Assembly: GCF_963921235.1 (NCBI RefSeq)
Contig: NC_086097.1
Span: 77,130,001-77,194,000 of the forward strand
DNA: 64,000 bases
Direction: 5' to 3'
Source of the DNA: Mobula hypostoma
Taxonomy: Eukaryota
Positions 25,232 to 38,729 of this stretch are shown piece after piece. Under the pieces are notes generated by a model, which was not told the DNA's origin, searched no databases, and saw only the letters and a list, made by a program, of their open reading frames with translations. The translations under genes and the position numbers were made by a program. How positions within the stretch are numbered: the first letter of the stretch is position 1; each line of letters starts with the position of its first letter.

Positions 25232-28200
25232 TATTAATGCCCAATCAACATGGGCAAGTTTTTCTTTTGTTTAAGGAACTTTACTTTCAACGTCTCCATT
25301 CAATACCTGAAGGCTGCCACCTTTACATTCCACAATTCCCTCTCCTCCTCTGAAGTGCACATGCGCAAAACGGGGAGAGCGCACATATGTAATACTTACA
25401 CAGTTCAAGTGAACAGGACTCAACAATCTCCCATCTTTTTTATGTATATATTAAAAACATTAAATTTGAAAATAAATTTAAAGACAAATTAAATGTCCAA
25501 ACAATTTGTATGTCCATTAGGATATGAGAAATAGTTCTAACTCTTGATGTTAATACAATTCTTAAGGTACCAAGTGCCTTTAACAGCACAAGAGCTAGAA
25601 CTCCCTTCTTTGTGAGACAGTCAGCTAGTTGTTTCTTTGTAGTTGACCATAGCACATGATGAATTTTCAGTGCTTGGACAAGTTCTTCGATGCTGCTTAT
25701 CTCTAGACGAAGCCTCTTCTCTATAACTGATTTGGTGGATTTGATGGCATCAACCAAAAAGTAATTTTGTCTGTGACACAAGTTATTTGTAGACTGTTCT
25801 TCTTTGGGTCACATGGAAAAGCTCAGAACAGAGTGTGACCAGAAAAACAGCATTGTCAATACCTTCAGACATTGCCAGGGTTTCTCCTGCCAGCATACTA
25901 CTTACAACTCGGATCCTTTTTGATTCCCAATAGAGAGATGAAAATCTTCCCTCTTCTCCCATCAGTACAATAAAATGTCCCCCTTGAGTTCCTCCATCAG
26001 AAGGATTTCAGAGTGAGGCATCACTGAAGACAACAAGCCTCAGTAAGTTATCTTTTCCAAGCTGTTGAAACTTCTAGACTATTTTTTCAGATTGAATTCA
26101 TGTACACTATCTTGTTTGCCTCATGTAAAGTATATACTGTGGTATTTTTTGTGCTGGATGCCAAGTTGAAGGCTTCAAACATAATGTCAGGTGTGCTCTA
26201 TCTTTCCACCCATAGAATCTGACCCATCTTTCACCTACATTGCTCAGCTTCAGCTTTACTGAGGGGTGCATCCCATTGTGTGGCACGGTCGGATTCCATG
26301 CGGATTGTCTGAAGATTCCTTATGTAGCTTTCCTCGTGCAGTTGTACTGTTCTGTCAACAGCAAGGATGTCTATCCCTGCATAGCAGAATCTGTCACGTT
26401 CATCCTGTCCAACCTGAAAGACTGACTTTAGCTGAGGGATAACTGTCGTAGCAAAGTTTTGTGAGCCTCCCGATATGAAGTCATCTACAAGACAGGTAAG
26501 TATTCCAATCACATGAAATCCTGAATCTTCCAGTAAGAAACAGCTGGATCCACTTGTGACATCTTTCCATCTGTTTTTAACATTATTTCCTTCACCTTTT
26601 TATACCAGTAGAGTGATGCATTTGTTAGACCATACACACACTTTTTGAGTTTCCACAGTGTTCCTTCACTTCTGGCTTCAGGCGGTGTTGAATAAAAATG
26701 TCTTGTGACAAGTCCATTCCCTGTAAGAATGCGGATTTTATATCCACACAGTGGGGTTGTCAATGCTTTTGACATATTACCGAGAGAAGTAGTGGGAGAG
26801 ACGGATGCATATGTTGGTGAATCTTTCCGGAGTTCTTCTAATTTCAGTTCCTCAAAACCTCTAACCACCCAGTGTGCTTTTGATATAATTCCTGAAGGGG
26901 TTTCTTTCGGGGTGCATACCCATCTTGTAGACACTGTCTTTTGGCCAATATCTCTGACTTCCTCGAACACACCATTATTTCTCCAACTACTGATTTTATC
27001 CTGTTTTGCGATTCAAAAGACACCTCCTTAGTTACTAGGACATCTTCAACTTGACATTTCTCAGATGGTCCAGCCTGATCTCTACTTGATTCAATATGAA
27101 GTCTGTCAACATGTGACATGTCAACTGACTCTGCAGTGCCAGTGACCGTGACTGATTCTAGGGAATTCAAGTTGTACCAACTTTTGCTTCTCCCAGTGTC
27201 TTTGCCTGCTTAACTTAAGACTTCAGCATTGTCTGAGGTACCAGTGTCTACAAATCTCACAGTTTGTCCTGTTTTAAGACTGAAACTTACATGTTGTCTT
27301 TGCACTTGTGATAATTTCTGTTCGGGCAAGTCTGTTAAGTTCCCATCTGCACTCTCTTTTACACTGTCTGTGCCACCACTGAGCAACTCTATTGAATCCC
27401 CAACTGAACTCTCTTCATCCCTGTCTGTGCTATGTGACCGTGTGCCAGGTAAATGCTTTTCATTTTTTATGTCATTCTCCATGGCATTCTGATGGTCTTC
27501 ATTTTGTGCTTTATCTAGTCTAGAATGATGCACCCCCACATTTGTACCTCCGTGTCTCACGAATACCACAACTCCAACCCGACCAGTGACAACTCCTGGA
27601 CCTTTCCATTCTGTACGGTATGCTGTTTTGTAATAGACTTTGTCCCCTGTGTCATATTTGTCATTTGTAGGACGGACCTGTGCCCTCAGTGCTCTTCGAA
27701 TTCTCTCTGAACACTCTGCTTCAGTGAAAGTTTTCCTTGATGCATGCAGTTTTGAAATATGTTTCCTAACCCATTTACTCCTTGAAGGGCCACCTAGAGC
27801 AGGTGGTCTGTCAACCAGTATAGAGGGAAGATTTGGATTCTGACCGAACACCAATCGATATGGTCTATAGCCATATACATTGTACAAGGTGTTCTTCACC
27901 ATAAGGGCCCAGTCCAGGGCTGTATTCCAATCATAGCCCTTGCTTTCCTTTACCTTCAGCATTGTTTCTGTAAGCGTTTGATTATGTCACTCCACAAGTC
28001 AGTTACTCCAAGTACTATATGCCGCTGTTGTCTTTGTTTCAGTGTTAAAGTTCTCTGCCGTATCTCTGAGGGTCTCTTTGTATTTACAATGCTACCAGCA
28101 CTGAAAGGTGTGAACTATCAATGATGTGGAGGTACCATACTCCTTGCTGCAGTTCATGTAAGTCTATGGCTACTGTTTCATTGTATTCAAATGCTGGTGG

Positions 28201-29878
28201 CAGACCAACTGCAGGATTGGGTTTGGGTTTTCCAAACTTTTGGCATGTCTCACAGCTGTCAATTATCTGCTTTAGAATGGAAAAATAATCCGTGTTTTTG
28301 TTTCCTGAACTCCTGAGCAGCTTCTGAAGTCTACCAATTGAAGCGTGTCCAAACTTCTTGTTAAGTTCGAACAACACTTTGTATTTCTCATTCTATGGGT
28401 CATGTTTTGTGTGACAGTTAGTACTTCACTCTCACATTGGTTCTCCCTAATTCCTTCATCTGGAATGTTCACAATGTAATGTCCAGAGCTGGTGAGCTGA
28501 AGAGAGAGTGGTTGTTGAAACATTGTTATCCAGTAACTGCTCCTGCTTTCTTTAGGGAAGATTTACTCAAGAGTAATGGAATGTTCACTGGTCCCACCTC
28601 TGTTTTAATGTAACAATTTGTCTGCCCTATGTTTGTGGGTACTTTCACTTTTTTGTGGAATATACAGTATTTCCATCACCAAATTTGAATGCTTCGAAAC
28701 TGGGTGTATCTGTGTTCACATCTTGTTCCAGTTTAGTTCACTTACATAGCTTTCAAGCCATTTTTCTCCACACAGTGTGTGTGTTCATGCTGTATCAATA
28801 ACAGCAGATCTTAGAGATTCGATCATGAAAATCTCTGCCTGAGAAATCTCTGCATTAGTAAGTGATTACTTCACAAACAATGTGATATGGCACTCTTCTA
28901 CATCTTCAGATTTGTTATATTCTTCAGTTGGACTAACTTGTTTGGTTCTGTGTCAACAATTTCTTGCCCAGTGGTAAATATTTTGATATACCAATTCCGA
29001 CTACATTTCGATCTCCTACCGTACGTGTTTATTGGATTTGTGCCAGGTAATGGTACCCTTGTCTGGTCCCTCTGGGACCTACGCTTGCTATACTCTTGTT
29101 TCTTCTCAGTGAAGTATGCTGTTTTCTGACTCAAACTAATTCCGACTGTTGTCTTAGCGACCTTTTTTCCAAAAGTCCTCTTCAGTGCTGATTTCATAAA
29201 TGCAAATATAAGTTTTCTGCATGCAGTTAACACTAGCTGTCTGACCTGTATGTCTAGACATGCAGTATCCAACAATTTAAAAGCTAATAGTGTCAGAAAG
29301 TTCCATTTTATATTCAATGCATGTGACTGTACTTCTGGTCAAAATCAGTACAGTACTATAATTAGCCATATTTTTAGAATTGTCTATAAATTTTGTCAAA
29401 GTCTGAATATGCCTCATAAATCCAATCCTTTTCTTCCTTAAAAACAGAGTCAACTGTATTTATTAGTATATTCATACTATCATCTTTGTTCAAGTCTTCC
29501 ACCGAAATTCCCATCGCTGACTCTCTTGCTCTTCCCAAAAATGACAACACAACAGCCAAGGCTTGCTTCATCCTCTCCAGTTCCGCAACACGAGTCCATA
29601 TTCCCGTTTTCATAAGGCTTGCTGTCATCAAATGCTGGCGGCATCCTATAATTGAAAACTATCCTCTGTTACCACTGTTAACACCCAAACAACAATGACA
29701 CATTTTTCATTTGTTTAAGCAACTTTACTATCAACATCTCCATTCAATACCTGAAGGCTGCCACCTTTATATCCCACAATTCCCCTTCCTCCTCCCACGC
29801 ACACACGCATAACAGGGGGAGTGCGCTTGCTTACTAAATACGGGGTACTTACATATTCCAAATGAACAGAACACAACG
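25232..29878 (-). mobile_element. Complete but decayed Ty1/Copia LTR retrotransposon (GalEa-like)
   Basis: LTRs 25232-25425 and 29676-29878; 5-bp TSD ctatg; PBS TGGTAACAGAGGAT (tRNA-iMet-like); PPT aaaaaagatgggagat; order gag-PR(VIDTA)-IN(GHAS..CETC)-RT(WKLKKCVYGL, VDDF)-RH(FSDAS, QLADCLTK). Confidence 0.92.
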
Positions 29879-30089
29879 CTATGTTGCTCTCTTTTTGCAC
29901 AATTTTTATACTTCTTTTTGTAACTTATAGAAATATTTTACGTACTACACTGTACTGCTGCCATAAAACAAGAGATTTCACAGTATACGTCAGTGATAAT
30001 AAACCTGATTCTTATATGTACTTATTGGTATAACATATAGGTTTAAAAAGCCACTCCAAAAGCTATGAAATATAAGCTTCTCTGCACAC

Positions 30090-31000
30090 CCAAACAATAC
30101 CTATCTATCACCAAGGGGTAATAACTGTTCCTGAACCTGGAGGTGGGGATCCCAAAACTCCTGTACCTCCTTCCTGATGGCAGCAGCAAAATGAGAGCAT
30201 CTGGACAGTGAAGATATAAACATCAGGATGCTCTTCATTGACTACAGGTCTGTATTCAATACTATGATCCCCACAAAACTGATCAATAGCCCCAAGACCT
30301 AAGCCTCAATACCTCCGTGTGCAACTAGTTTCTTCAATTTCCTCACTTGCAGACCCCAGTCAGTTCAGATTGGCAACAACATCTCCTCCACAATCACCAT
30401 CAGTACTGATGCACCACAAGACTGTCTGCTTTTAATATAATTATTAATTTTTTTTGTATTTGCACAGTTTATTGTCTTTTGCATATTGGTTGTTTGTCGT
30501 GTTGTGGGTGGTTTTTCTTTTTTTTGTAATTTATTTTTTATTGAAGTTCATCATTAAGTCTATTGTGTTTCTTTGTATTTACTGTGAATGCCCACAAGAA
30601 AATGAATCTCGAGGTTGCAGATGGTTACATACATGTATTTTGAACTTTGAACTGATATGCCACTCACAGAATTGGTTAAAGAACAGGAAGTGACAGGAAC
30701 AGTTACACTCCAGTGCAGTCTCCAGGATCAGAATCTGGTGTGTCACTGACATGCCATGAAACATGTTGCTTTGTGTCAGCAGCACAGGGCACAACATTTA
30801 AAAAAATCACGAGGTTACAATAAAAATATAAGTAAATGGTTCAACAGAGGAATGGTGATGTAGTGTCCATGGGTTCATGGACCACATAGAAATGAAATGG
30901 CAGAGGGGAAGAAGGTTTTCCTAAAACATTTTCAATGTGAGTCTTTAGGCTCCTGTGCCTCTTTCCTGATGTTAGTGATGAGAAGAGGTTTGTCCCCTAT
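30090..31000. mobile_element. Rearranged Rex1/Babar fragments
   Basis: RMLFIDY..VFNT and ISTDAPQ on plus, flanked by minus-strand 3' fragments; tttgaactttga tail. Confidence 0.6.
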
Positions 31001-31668
31001 GATGAGGGACATTCAATTGCATCTAATACAAGAATTAGAAGCTAGAATAGGCCATTTGCCTGCTTCGATCTACTTGTATCCCTTAATACTTACAGTGTCC
31101 AGACATCTATAGGTCTTTGTTTTGAACACAATGAGTCCACAGCTCTCAAGTCAGATGATTCCAAAGATTCGCTACCCTCTGTGTGAAGAAATGTCTCCTT
31201 GCTTCAGCAATAAATGGTGTACCCTTTATTTTGAAACTGTGACCCCCCTTGTCCAAAATCTCTCATTGAAGGAAAACATCCTCCTTACTTTCAAAGGCCT
31301 CTAAGAATTATGAGCGTTTCACAGCCCACTCAGTCTCTTCTCATAATGACTAGTTGTCATCCCAGAAATCTGTCTGGTGAATCTTTGCTGCACTTCTATG
31401 GTGAATATATCCAATTCTAGATTACAGAATAATCATTGGGTGGACTCACCATAACCTTACTATCACATTTCTGAATGCATTTGGTTTCAATTTCTTGATT
31501 CTGCTTTCAGCAGGAAATCAGATTCATAAAGCTTGCTTTAATTAAAGGTAATGGGTATAGACCTCTTTCCACTCATGAGAAGAACTTGCTTACTTATGTT
31601 ACTTCTATGGCACAATATTATTTCAGAAACAAGTTCTGCTATAAATAATTGTTATTTTTTTTTTACAG

Positions 31669-31713
31669 GGGCTGCACTGTATTTTATTTCACCGATGTTA
31701 CAGTCATTCTGTA
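31669..31713 (+). other. Candidate non-coding 5' exon of CHRM5
   Basis: Acceptor ttttttttttacag| at 31668 and donor |gtaagt at 31714; next acceptor ttcttttcctcag| at 31947. Confidence 0.35.
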
Positions 31714-32062
31714 GTAAGTTACTACTGGCTGACCAAGGACTACTTCAAGAAAAGGAACTCAAGTTTTCATCTTAGGAAGAATCAGAAATTTGCAATTGAG
31801 ATGTACTTGAAATTATATGAGTTACCCTGGTTGCTTTTCGTCAATCAGCCAAATCATTTAGAATAATTAAATCAGGTTAACTATTGGAGGTCAAGAAGCA
31901 AGTTACTTCATGAGATAAAATTAGTAACTACATGTTCTTTTCCTCAGAAGAATCAGAGGAGCAAAGGAGGAGAATGCTTGCAAAAGCAACTCTTTAGTTT
32001 TTGTCATCAGAATAGCAAGCATTGCTCTTTGCTTATTCTGGGTTTTGCGACAGTTTCAAAAA

Positions 32063-33598
32063 ATGATGGAATCAGATCTCTTAAGGAATGGATCCATGAC
32101 TGGTAACAGCTCCAATCAAGAGGAGGGTCAGAGCCTTTTGAAAGTAGTATCAATTTCCATTATTACTGCTATTGTGAGCCTTGTAACAATAGTAGGTAAT
32201 ATTTTAGTCATTGTTTCATTCAAAGTGAACAGCCAGCTAAAGACAGTCAATAACTATTTCCTGTTAAGTCTAGCCTGTGCTGACCTCATCATTGGAATTT
32301 TTTCAATGAATCTCTACGCCTCTTATATATTAATCGGCTCCTGGTCGCTAGGAAATTTGACGTGTGATTTGTGGCTTGCGTTGGATTACGTAGCCAGTAA
32401 TGCCTCTGTCATGAATTTGCTCCTTATAAGCTTCGACCGGTATTTCTCAATCACACGGCCATTAACGTACAGGGCTAAGCGTACTCCCAGAAGGGCTGGT
32501 ATCATGATTGGACTTGCATGGTTAATATCCTTTATATTGTGGGCCCCTGCAATTTTATGTTGGCAATACTTAGTTGGAAAAAGAACGGTTCCTTCGAATG
32601 AATGTCAGATACAATTTTTATCTGTACCTACTATTACCTTTGGCACGGCCATTGCTGCTTTCTACATCCCTGTGTCAGTGATGACGATATTGTATTGTCG
32701 CATCTATAAAGAGACCGAAAGACGCACTAAGGACCTGGCAGAATTGCAAGCATCAAACCTTGCCCCTGAAGATGAAGTAGTTGTTTCCAAAAGGACTCTG
32801 TTAGCATCCTGCTTTGGATGTGTAGGCCACAAGCTCACACACAGGGAAAGATCCCAAGTATCGTGGTCTTCAAACAGAAGCACAACAGTGACTCTAAGAT
32901 CCACAAACATACAGAATGCCACAGATGAATGGTTAAAACGTGACAACCAAGATTCTTTTGCAAACTACCCCATGTCAGAAGATGATGAAAGGCTCACCCC
33001 AAAATCTGCCTCCTTGGCATCACAAGGACAGAATCAGAATGATGAATACCCTGGAGAGGATGACACAACTGTGTCCTTGGAAGAGCCTCCTGCGATAAAT
33101 AATTATGAAAATCAAAATTATTTGGTGACCCCTGTGAAAAAACAGAAGGATAAAAAGTACATCCCTTACAAAGGTAATAAAGTAGCTGTCAAAAATAGCA
33201 GCTCCTCATCCACCTCAGACACAAGTAATGGCTGCACTGAAATAAAAGTAACACCCCGCTCAACTGCTGAACCAGAAGTTCCATATATTAGAAATATGGA
33301 TCCAAATCTCAGACTGCAGATCACCAAGAGAAAACGGTTGGTTTTGATTAAAGAAAAAAAGGCAGCACAAACACTTAGCGCGATTCTACTGGCTTTCATT
33401 ATCACATGGACACCGTACAATATCATGGTATTAGTCTCAACGTTCTGCTCATACTGTATCCCAACGTCACTGTGGCATCTGGGGTACTGGCTCTGTTACG
33501 TTAACAGCACAGTTAACCCCATGTGCTACGCTCTGTGTAACAAAACCTTCCGTACGACTTTCAAAATGCTGTTACTATTTCAATGGAAGCGGAAGTGA
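32063..33598 (+). CDS. CHRM5: Muscarinic acetylcholine receptor M5, 511 aa, intronless CDS
   Basis: 7TM class A GPCR with [22 protein letters not shown]5-type [47 protein letters not shown]. First ATG at 32063. EMC7 lies downstream on the opposite strand, as in human. Confidence 0.95.
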   Translation: MMESDLLRNGSMTGNSSNQEEGQSLLKVVSISIITAIVSLVTIVGNILVIVSFKVNSQLKTVNNYFLLSLACADLIIGIFSMNLYASYILIGSWSLGNLTCDLWLALDYVASNASVMNLLLISFDRYFSITRPLTYRAKRTPRRAGIMIGLAWLISFILWAPAILCWQYLVGKRTVPSNECQIQFLSVPTITFGTAIAAFYIPVSVMTILYCRIYKETERRTKDLAELQASNLAPEDEVVVSKRTLLASCFGCVGHKLTHRERSQVSWSSNRSTTVTLRSTNIQNATDEWLKRDNQDSFANYPMSEDDERLTPKSASLASQGQNQNDEYPGEDDTTVSLEEPPAINNYENQNYLVTPVKKQKDKKYIPYKGNKVAVKNSSSSSTSDTSNGCTEIKVTPRSTAEPEVPYIRNMDPNLRLQITKRKRLVLIKEKKAAQTLSAILLAFIITWTPYNIMVLVSTFCSYCIPTSLWHLGYWLCYVNSTVNPMCYALCNKTFRTTFKMLLLFQWKRK

Positions 33599-34339
33599 AC
33601 TGTCTAGCCAGCAGCAAGTTACATCTTTAAAATATGAGATTAAAGCAGATATTGTATAGTTCTTCCAATGTTCCACCTGTAATTATTGACTACTCTTCAA
33701 TAACTTTATTTGCAAAATATCGAACAGCCTCGACAGAACTTCTTCCTTATGATTAAAGAAACTGAACAGACCAAGCACTAACTGTAACCACATGGAATGA
33801 AGTCTAAGAACTGGCACTGAATTTTTTGTGGAAAATCACATGACACTGGTCACCATACCCTTGTTACTTCTCAAGCTACCTTGTCGCAATGATAAACACT
33901 TCAACATTCAAAAAGTCTATTACACCAAGCGCAAATCAGAGTGCTTAAAATTCTGAATTATAGGTCAAATAATGCCATAATGCATACCTTGTGCAGAGAA
34001 AGGATTGTTTCATTTACACTAAGGTGTCTGGTTTTTTTTGGTAACTTTTTTTTACTGCTCTTCCCTTCCTTCCTTAAAAGCAGTACCGACTGACAGGTGG
34101 GGCTTCACAGCAGTTGATATCCTACAGCTGTAAATGTGACTGAGGATCAGCAGGCCATTGCAATACTGGAAGGGGCAAAAGATGTGAACACAAGGCCAAT
34201 TTAAACCACCTCACCACGTGCGCACGTGAAGTCTCTATCCAACAGAGTTGCTGGATGGTGATCAGGAAATGAAGCTCCGAGTGAATTTTCACTCCCTGCA
34301 ATGTTGTAATATGAATTATAATAAACAAACGCATTTCTC

Positions 34340-34620
34340 AGATGTGGAGACCTCTTCCGAAAAATAGAGGGGTTCCATGTGGCAGTACTGGACCAGGTGG
34401 TTAACACAAAAACAAAATCAAAAATGCATAACAAGAGACCAACAAATTCAGTATGATAAATACAGAAAACGCCAAGAGAAACCAGAAACAGTCCAACACA
34501 TTGCAGGACCCTGCAGCAGTTTAACTCAATCTGATTACTTACACAGGCACAATCAAGTGGCAAACATAATTCAGCAAAATCTTGCTTTAAACTACAAACT
34601 CATAAAATAAACCATACCTT
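34340..34620 (+). mobile_element. R4/Dong-like (restriction-like endonuclease) non-LTR fragment
   Basis: EGF..AVLDQVVNT...ETVQHIAGPC...YLHRHNQVA motif. Confidence 0.7.
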
Positions 34621-34639
34621 TATTTCATAAAGTGAGACC

Positions 34640-34915
34640 ACAGAACAACACAGCATGGAAATAGGGCCTTCGGCCCATCATATCTGCACTGACCATCAAG
34701 CACACGTTTACACTAACACTTCACTGATCCCATATTATTCTCCCATATTACCACTAACCCCCTCCAGGTTCCACCACTTACCGACCCCAGTGACAATTTA
34801 GTTTCCAATTAACCTAGGAACCTGGGTATCAGAAGTACATGCAGATACAAGGAGAATGTTGGAACTGAACCCTGGTCACTGGTCCTGCAAGGCCGTGGCA
34901 CCACTATGCCACCTG
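34640..34915 (-). mobile_element. SINE (tRNA-like head, CR1-like tail)
   Basis: Minus strand has an A-box-like ggcatagtgg, B-box-like gggttcagttcc and a gatgggccgaaggccctatttccatgctgt tail. Confidence 0.55.
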
Positions 34916-36074
34916 TTCCACAAGGAACTCAATTACTTTGAAAGTGCTAGCTAAATGAGATATTTAAAATTTCACTTCGTCCCAAATTTGAGTTTAGTGT
35001 GCAGAATTGTATGTATTATACTAACTGGCACTGTCTGTCGAGGAAGATGCAAGGACGGGTGATACAGAATATGTAAAAGGTTGCATGGACACTAATAGAA
35101 TGGTTTCCCATGTCGGGGCTGTTGTGATGCATGAACATTTTATATTTTAAACCTGGTCTGGTCTATACAAGTGTTCTGTCATATAGATAAAGATTACATC
35201 CAAAACTACAATATATTCCATTTTCCACTTCCATGAGCACAAATCAACTCAGTCAATAGTAATTACAAATGGAAATGTGCCTATAGTATATTTAGATATT
35301 GACTGACCGTCCTGCCTGTAATTTTGTCAAAATAGTTTTTTCAAACCAAAATAAAAATTAAATGCAGAAAACCTTGTTTTTTTTAATTTTGAGTTTTGTT
35401 TTGTTCAAAACAACGTTGTTAGAACCAAGATCATTGCTAAAGTAATGAATGTTTCAGTGCTTTTTGTTACCGTTAAAATACATTTGCATTGACAATGCCA
35501 TTATCTTCAAAAGTATTTTATCAATTCTAGTGAACTGTAGAAAGCTTTGGCATTCATTCACATTACTTGCAAAAAGCTTTATCAAATATACTTTCTTGAT
35601 GTTAGGTTCCGGAACTGTTTTCTGAAATTCCAGAGCAAATGTCCAATGCAAAATTTAATAATTTTTACTCATTAAGAGGTATGGTATATACATGCATAAA
35701 AATAATCAGATTTTGGGTTCTTGTGACTACCTGACCTTAGCAGTGGTGTCAGTAGTAAAACTGTATCTTTCTAATTTAAACAATTCTTTCTTTGTCAATC
35801 TTAAAACGCTCCATGAGGGCACTTGTTGCCTATGATCTGCTTACATGCTAACTATTGACATGGCTGTTGACAAATCCTGTATGCTGATTGCTGAACTTCT
35901 AAACACCTGTTTCATAATTTACATCTAATACTGTTATATTTATTTGGCAAACTGAATGGAAAGCCTTTGTTACAAAAGCGTCAGTATTGCAGATGTGCAG
36001 GTTTGTATATGTTTGTACAATTGTTGTATTGTTTCAATTTAATATTTTACCACAAATGTATCATATATCTTGTC

Positions 36075-36080
36075 AATAAA
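36075..36080 (+). terminator. Candidate CHRM5 polyadenylation signal
   Basis: AATAAA preceded by U-rich sequence with several TGTA motifs. Confidence 0.45.
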
Positions 36081-37687
36081 GTCAAGTTTAACATTCTCCT
36101 AATTCACAGCCATATGTGCAAAACCTACAAATAGACCTGTTTAAGATTCATTGATTTCTTCTTCATTTAAGTTTCGAAGAACAATTCTGTAAGATACTTT
36201 TTCTTTCAGTGGAAACAACTCGCCAAGAAAAAAATACAGAATTTTTTTTGCCCTGACAGTCAATCTTCTGAACCAAACATTCGTACAGTTAAACATCCAC
36301 TGGAATTATCACAGCTGGGTCTCGCATCTTCAATCACTTCCAAGAAAGATATTAATAAGAATCAGGAGCTGAATAAAATCTATTTTATTCTTTTGTATAG
36401 CTTGGAAACTTAATAAAACTTATAAAATTGCATCCACTGAAAATTAGATGTTAAAATTAAATTAATTAGGGAGTCTTTCATATTCATGATTAACATTTAA
36501 AGTCTATTAAAGTGGAATAAAGATTCAGGAAATTATATACATAGTATATTTGGACTAAAACCAAACAACATATATAAAATATTTTAAATAATTACAAATA
36601 TTGAACAAACCACAAATAGTTAAATAAAAGGAAACTTTCTCTTTTCTATTTTTCCATGTAGTCCTCCAATGGTCACTGGCATCAGTGGGTGATGGAGCTA
36701 ACCTGGAGAGGCAGAACGTGTTGGTATTTTAAGATACACAAGTTGAGACATCCACATTTGACAATTCATGCATATAGGTTTTGGACTTACTGATGTTTAA
36801 ACAGGCAAATGCTGGCGGTTCCATTCATAACTGCTGGTATTTAACGACAATCAAGCCGATGAAACAGAGAGTGTCATACATCTTAGCCAAATCATCACAC
36901 ACATGTATTATAACCAAATTATTTTATTCACAGAGTAAAATAAACAAATAGATTTTTAAATATTTACTTAATATCTAAATGCATATAAGAAAATTTGCCC
37001 TGGAAATAATTAAATTAATAGCACAGTTTATAGATCTGAGGAGAATTAATTTGTGCAGAGGACAAAGAATTGTTGTAATCATACATAGGTCATCTTGAAA
37101 CTGTTGCTTGTTTTAATTTGCATTTTCTATACCTCTCACTGTCAGTGGGGATCTTAAGTTTGATTTTTCAATTGGGTTTCACAACTTTTTGTTGATGAGA
37201 GATATGCTCTCTTTCAAAACATTATCAATATTGCATTATATTCATCTACAGGTAATGTTTATTTATTCAGCAGATACCCTCACCCAAAGTCATTTTCCCA
37301 GATATTTCAATATTGGATACAAAATGACACTACGGCAACTTTGAATATGACACCATTTAATTTAATTTCAAGCTCTTCATTATTTTCATGCAAACAATTT
37401 CATTCTTCCATCTGAAGAGATTTGAGCTCCCACCACAAACAGAAACAATCATATTTCAAAACAACTATATTAATCACATCTTTTCCACATAAAAATTTAC
37501 TCATGCAGGCAGTACGATGCTGTAGAGCGAATTACTAATCCAATTTGCTCAATTACATTGGACATGTTCTTTTACCAATCTTTCTGGTAAATAAGCCCAA
37601 CGTGCACTTATTCAAAAAAAAATCAATGAATTGTTGAACTTACAAATGAGTTATTAGATTTATTTTCACTTAATTTTTGCACCATAG

Positions 37688-38382
37688 TTACAGCTCATCA
37701 CGCGAGGTACTGCTGCATTTGACTTCCCTGTTTTTAGGCTTTACCATCATCCATGCATACTTGCACAGGTTATCTTTATTACAATCATTCTGCCAGTAAA
37801 TAACATTTTTTCTGTTGAGATTGGCTCCAGCACAGGCATTATACCACCATCCTCCACCTGGTATCCCATTGAGTTCCAGTTTGGCACAATTTCGATAATA
37901 GTTGTCATTATCACTATCTTTTGTGGTGAATTTTTGGTTGTCGTGAATATAAGCTTCTGTATCTTTCGTCAAAGCATCAGTTGCAGTTCCACGATAAAGA
38001 CCAAGTCTAATTTTATATCTGGATTCTTCGTCTTCAATGAAAAATGGGTCATATTCTCCCCACTTCACCTCTCCATTCATGTTGACTAATTTGATTCCCA
38101 AACTATATTCATTTGACCTGCTAGTGATTCTATGCATTAACTCATTGCCCAACCAATGATCACCATTAATAAAGCCAAATCCTTGCTTGTAGTCCTGCCA
38201 CGTTCTGTCAAAGTCCAATGAGCTATTAACAGTGATGTGCTGGATTACAGTCCACCCACCATCTGCACTGTGCATGTCACAGTAAACAACAATATGATCC
38301 TTCATTAACTGAATGACATAGAGGCCATCTTCAGCTTTGCTTTCTGACTGCTGAAAAATCTCATAACAGTCACTTGGAAAAC
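37688..38382 (-). CDS. Fibrinogen-related-domain (FGL1-like) protein, coding exon 2
   Basis: Acceptor ttgtgcag|GT, phase 1; SDC, VYCDM, GGWTVIQ, WQDYKQGFG, WLGNE, FTTKDSDND, GGWWYNAC..NLN; ends RDEL*. Confidence 0.93.
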
Positions 38383-38729
38383 CTGCACAACACAAAATGA
38401 TTAGTACAACAATCAGTTGAGAAATTTTACATTTTTCATCTAGCAAAAATTCATTGGAAGAAAAGGAAAATGGACAATTTGTGAAACAAGTAGTCAGACA
38501 TGTAACCGCATTAAACAAGGCCTTTTTTTGCAGGTGCTGATTTCTGTGGTTTATTCTGTGTTAATATAACATTAATACTAATTCTTACATCCCAATAGCT
38601 CTACTCTCTTGCTGCATTGTATTTTACTGCGGTAAAAGTACAAAAAAGGTATATATTGATCCACACAACTATAATTATTGCCTCACAAGGACATATACAA
38701 CATCCACCCTGAAGCTAATTCAGACTTAC

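Noticed and set aside
32045..32062. TTG-initiated N-terminal extension of CHRM5 in the ORF track
   Set aside because: Eukaryotic gene; the first ATG is at 32063.
38383..38518. N-terminal part of the 276-aa ORF
   Set aside because: Intronic read-through upstream of the acceptor at 38383.
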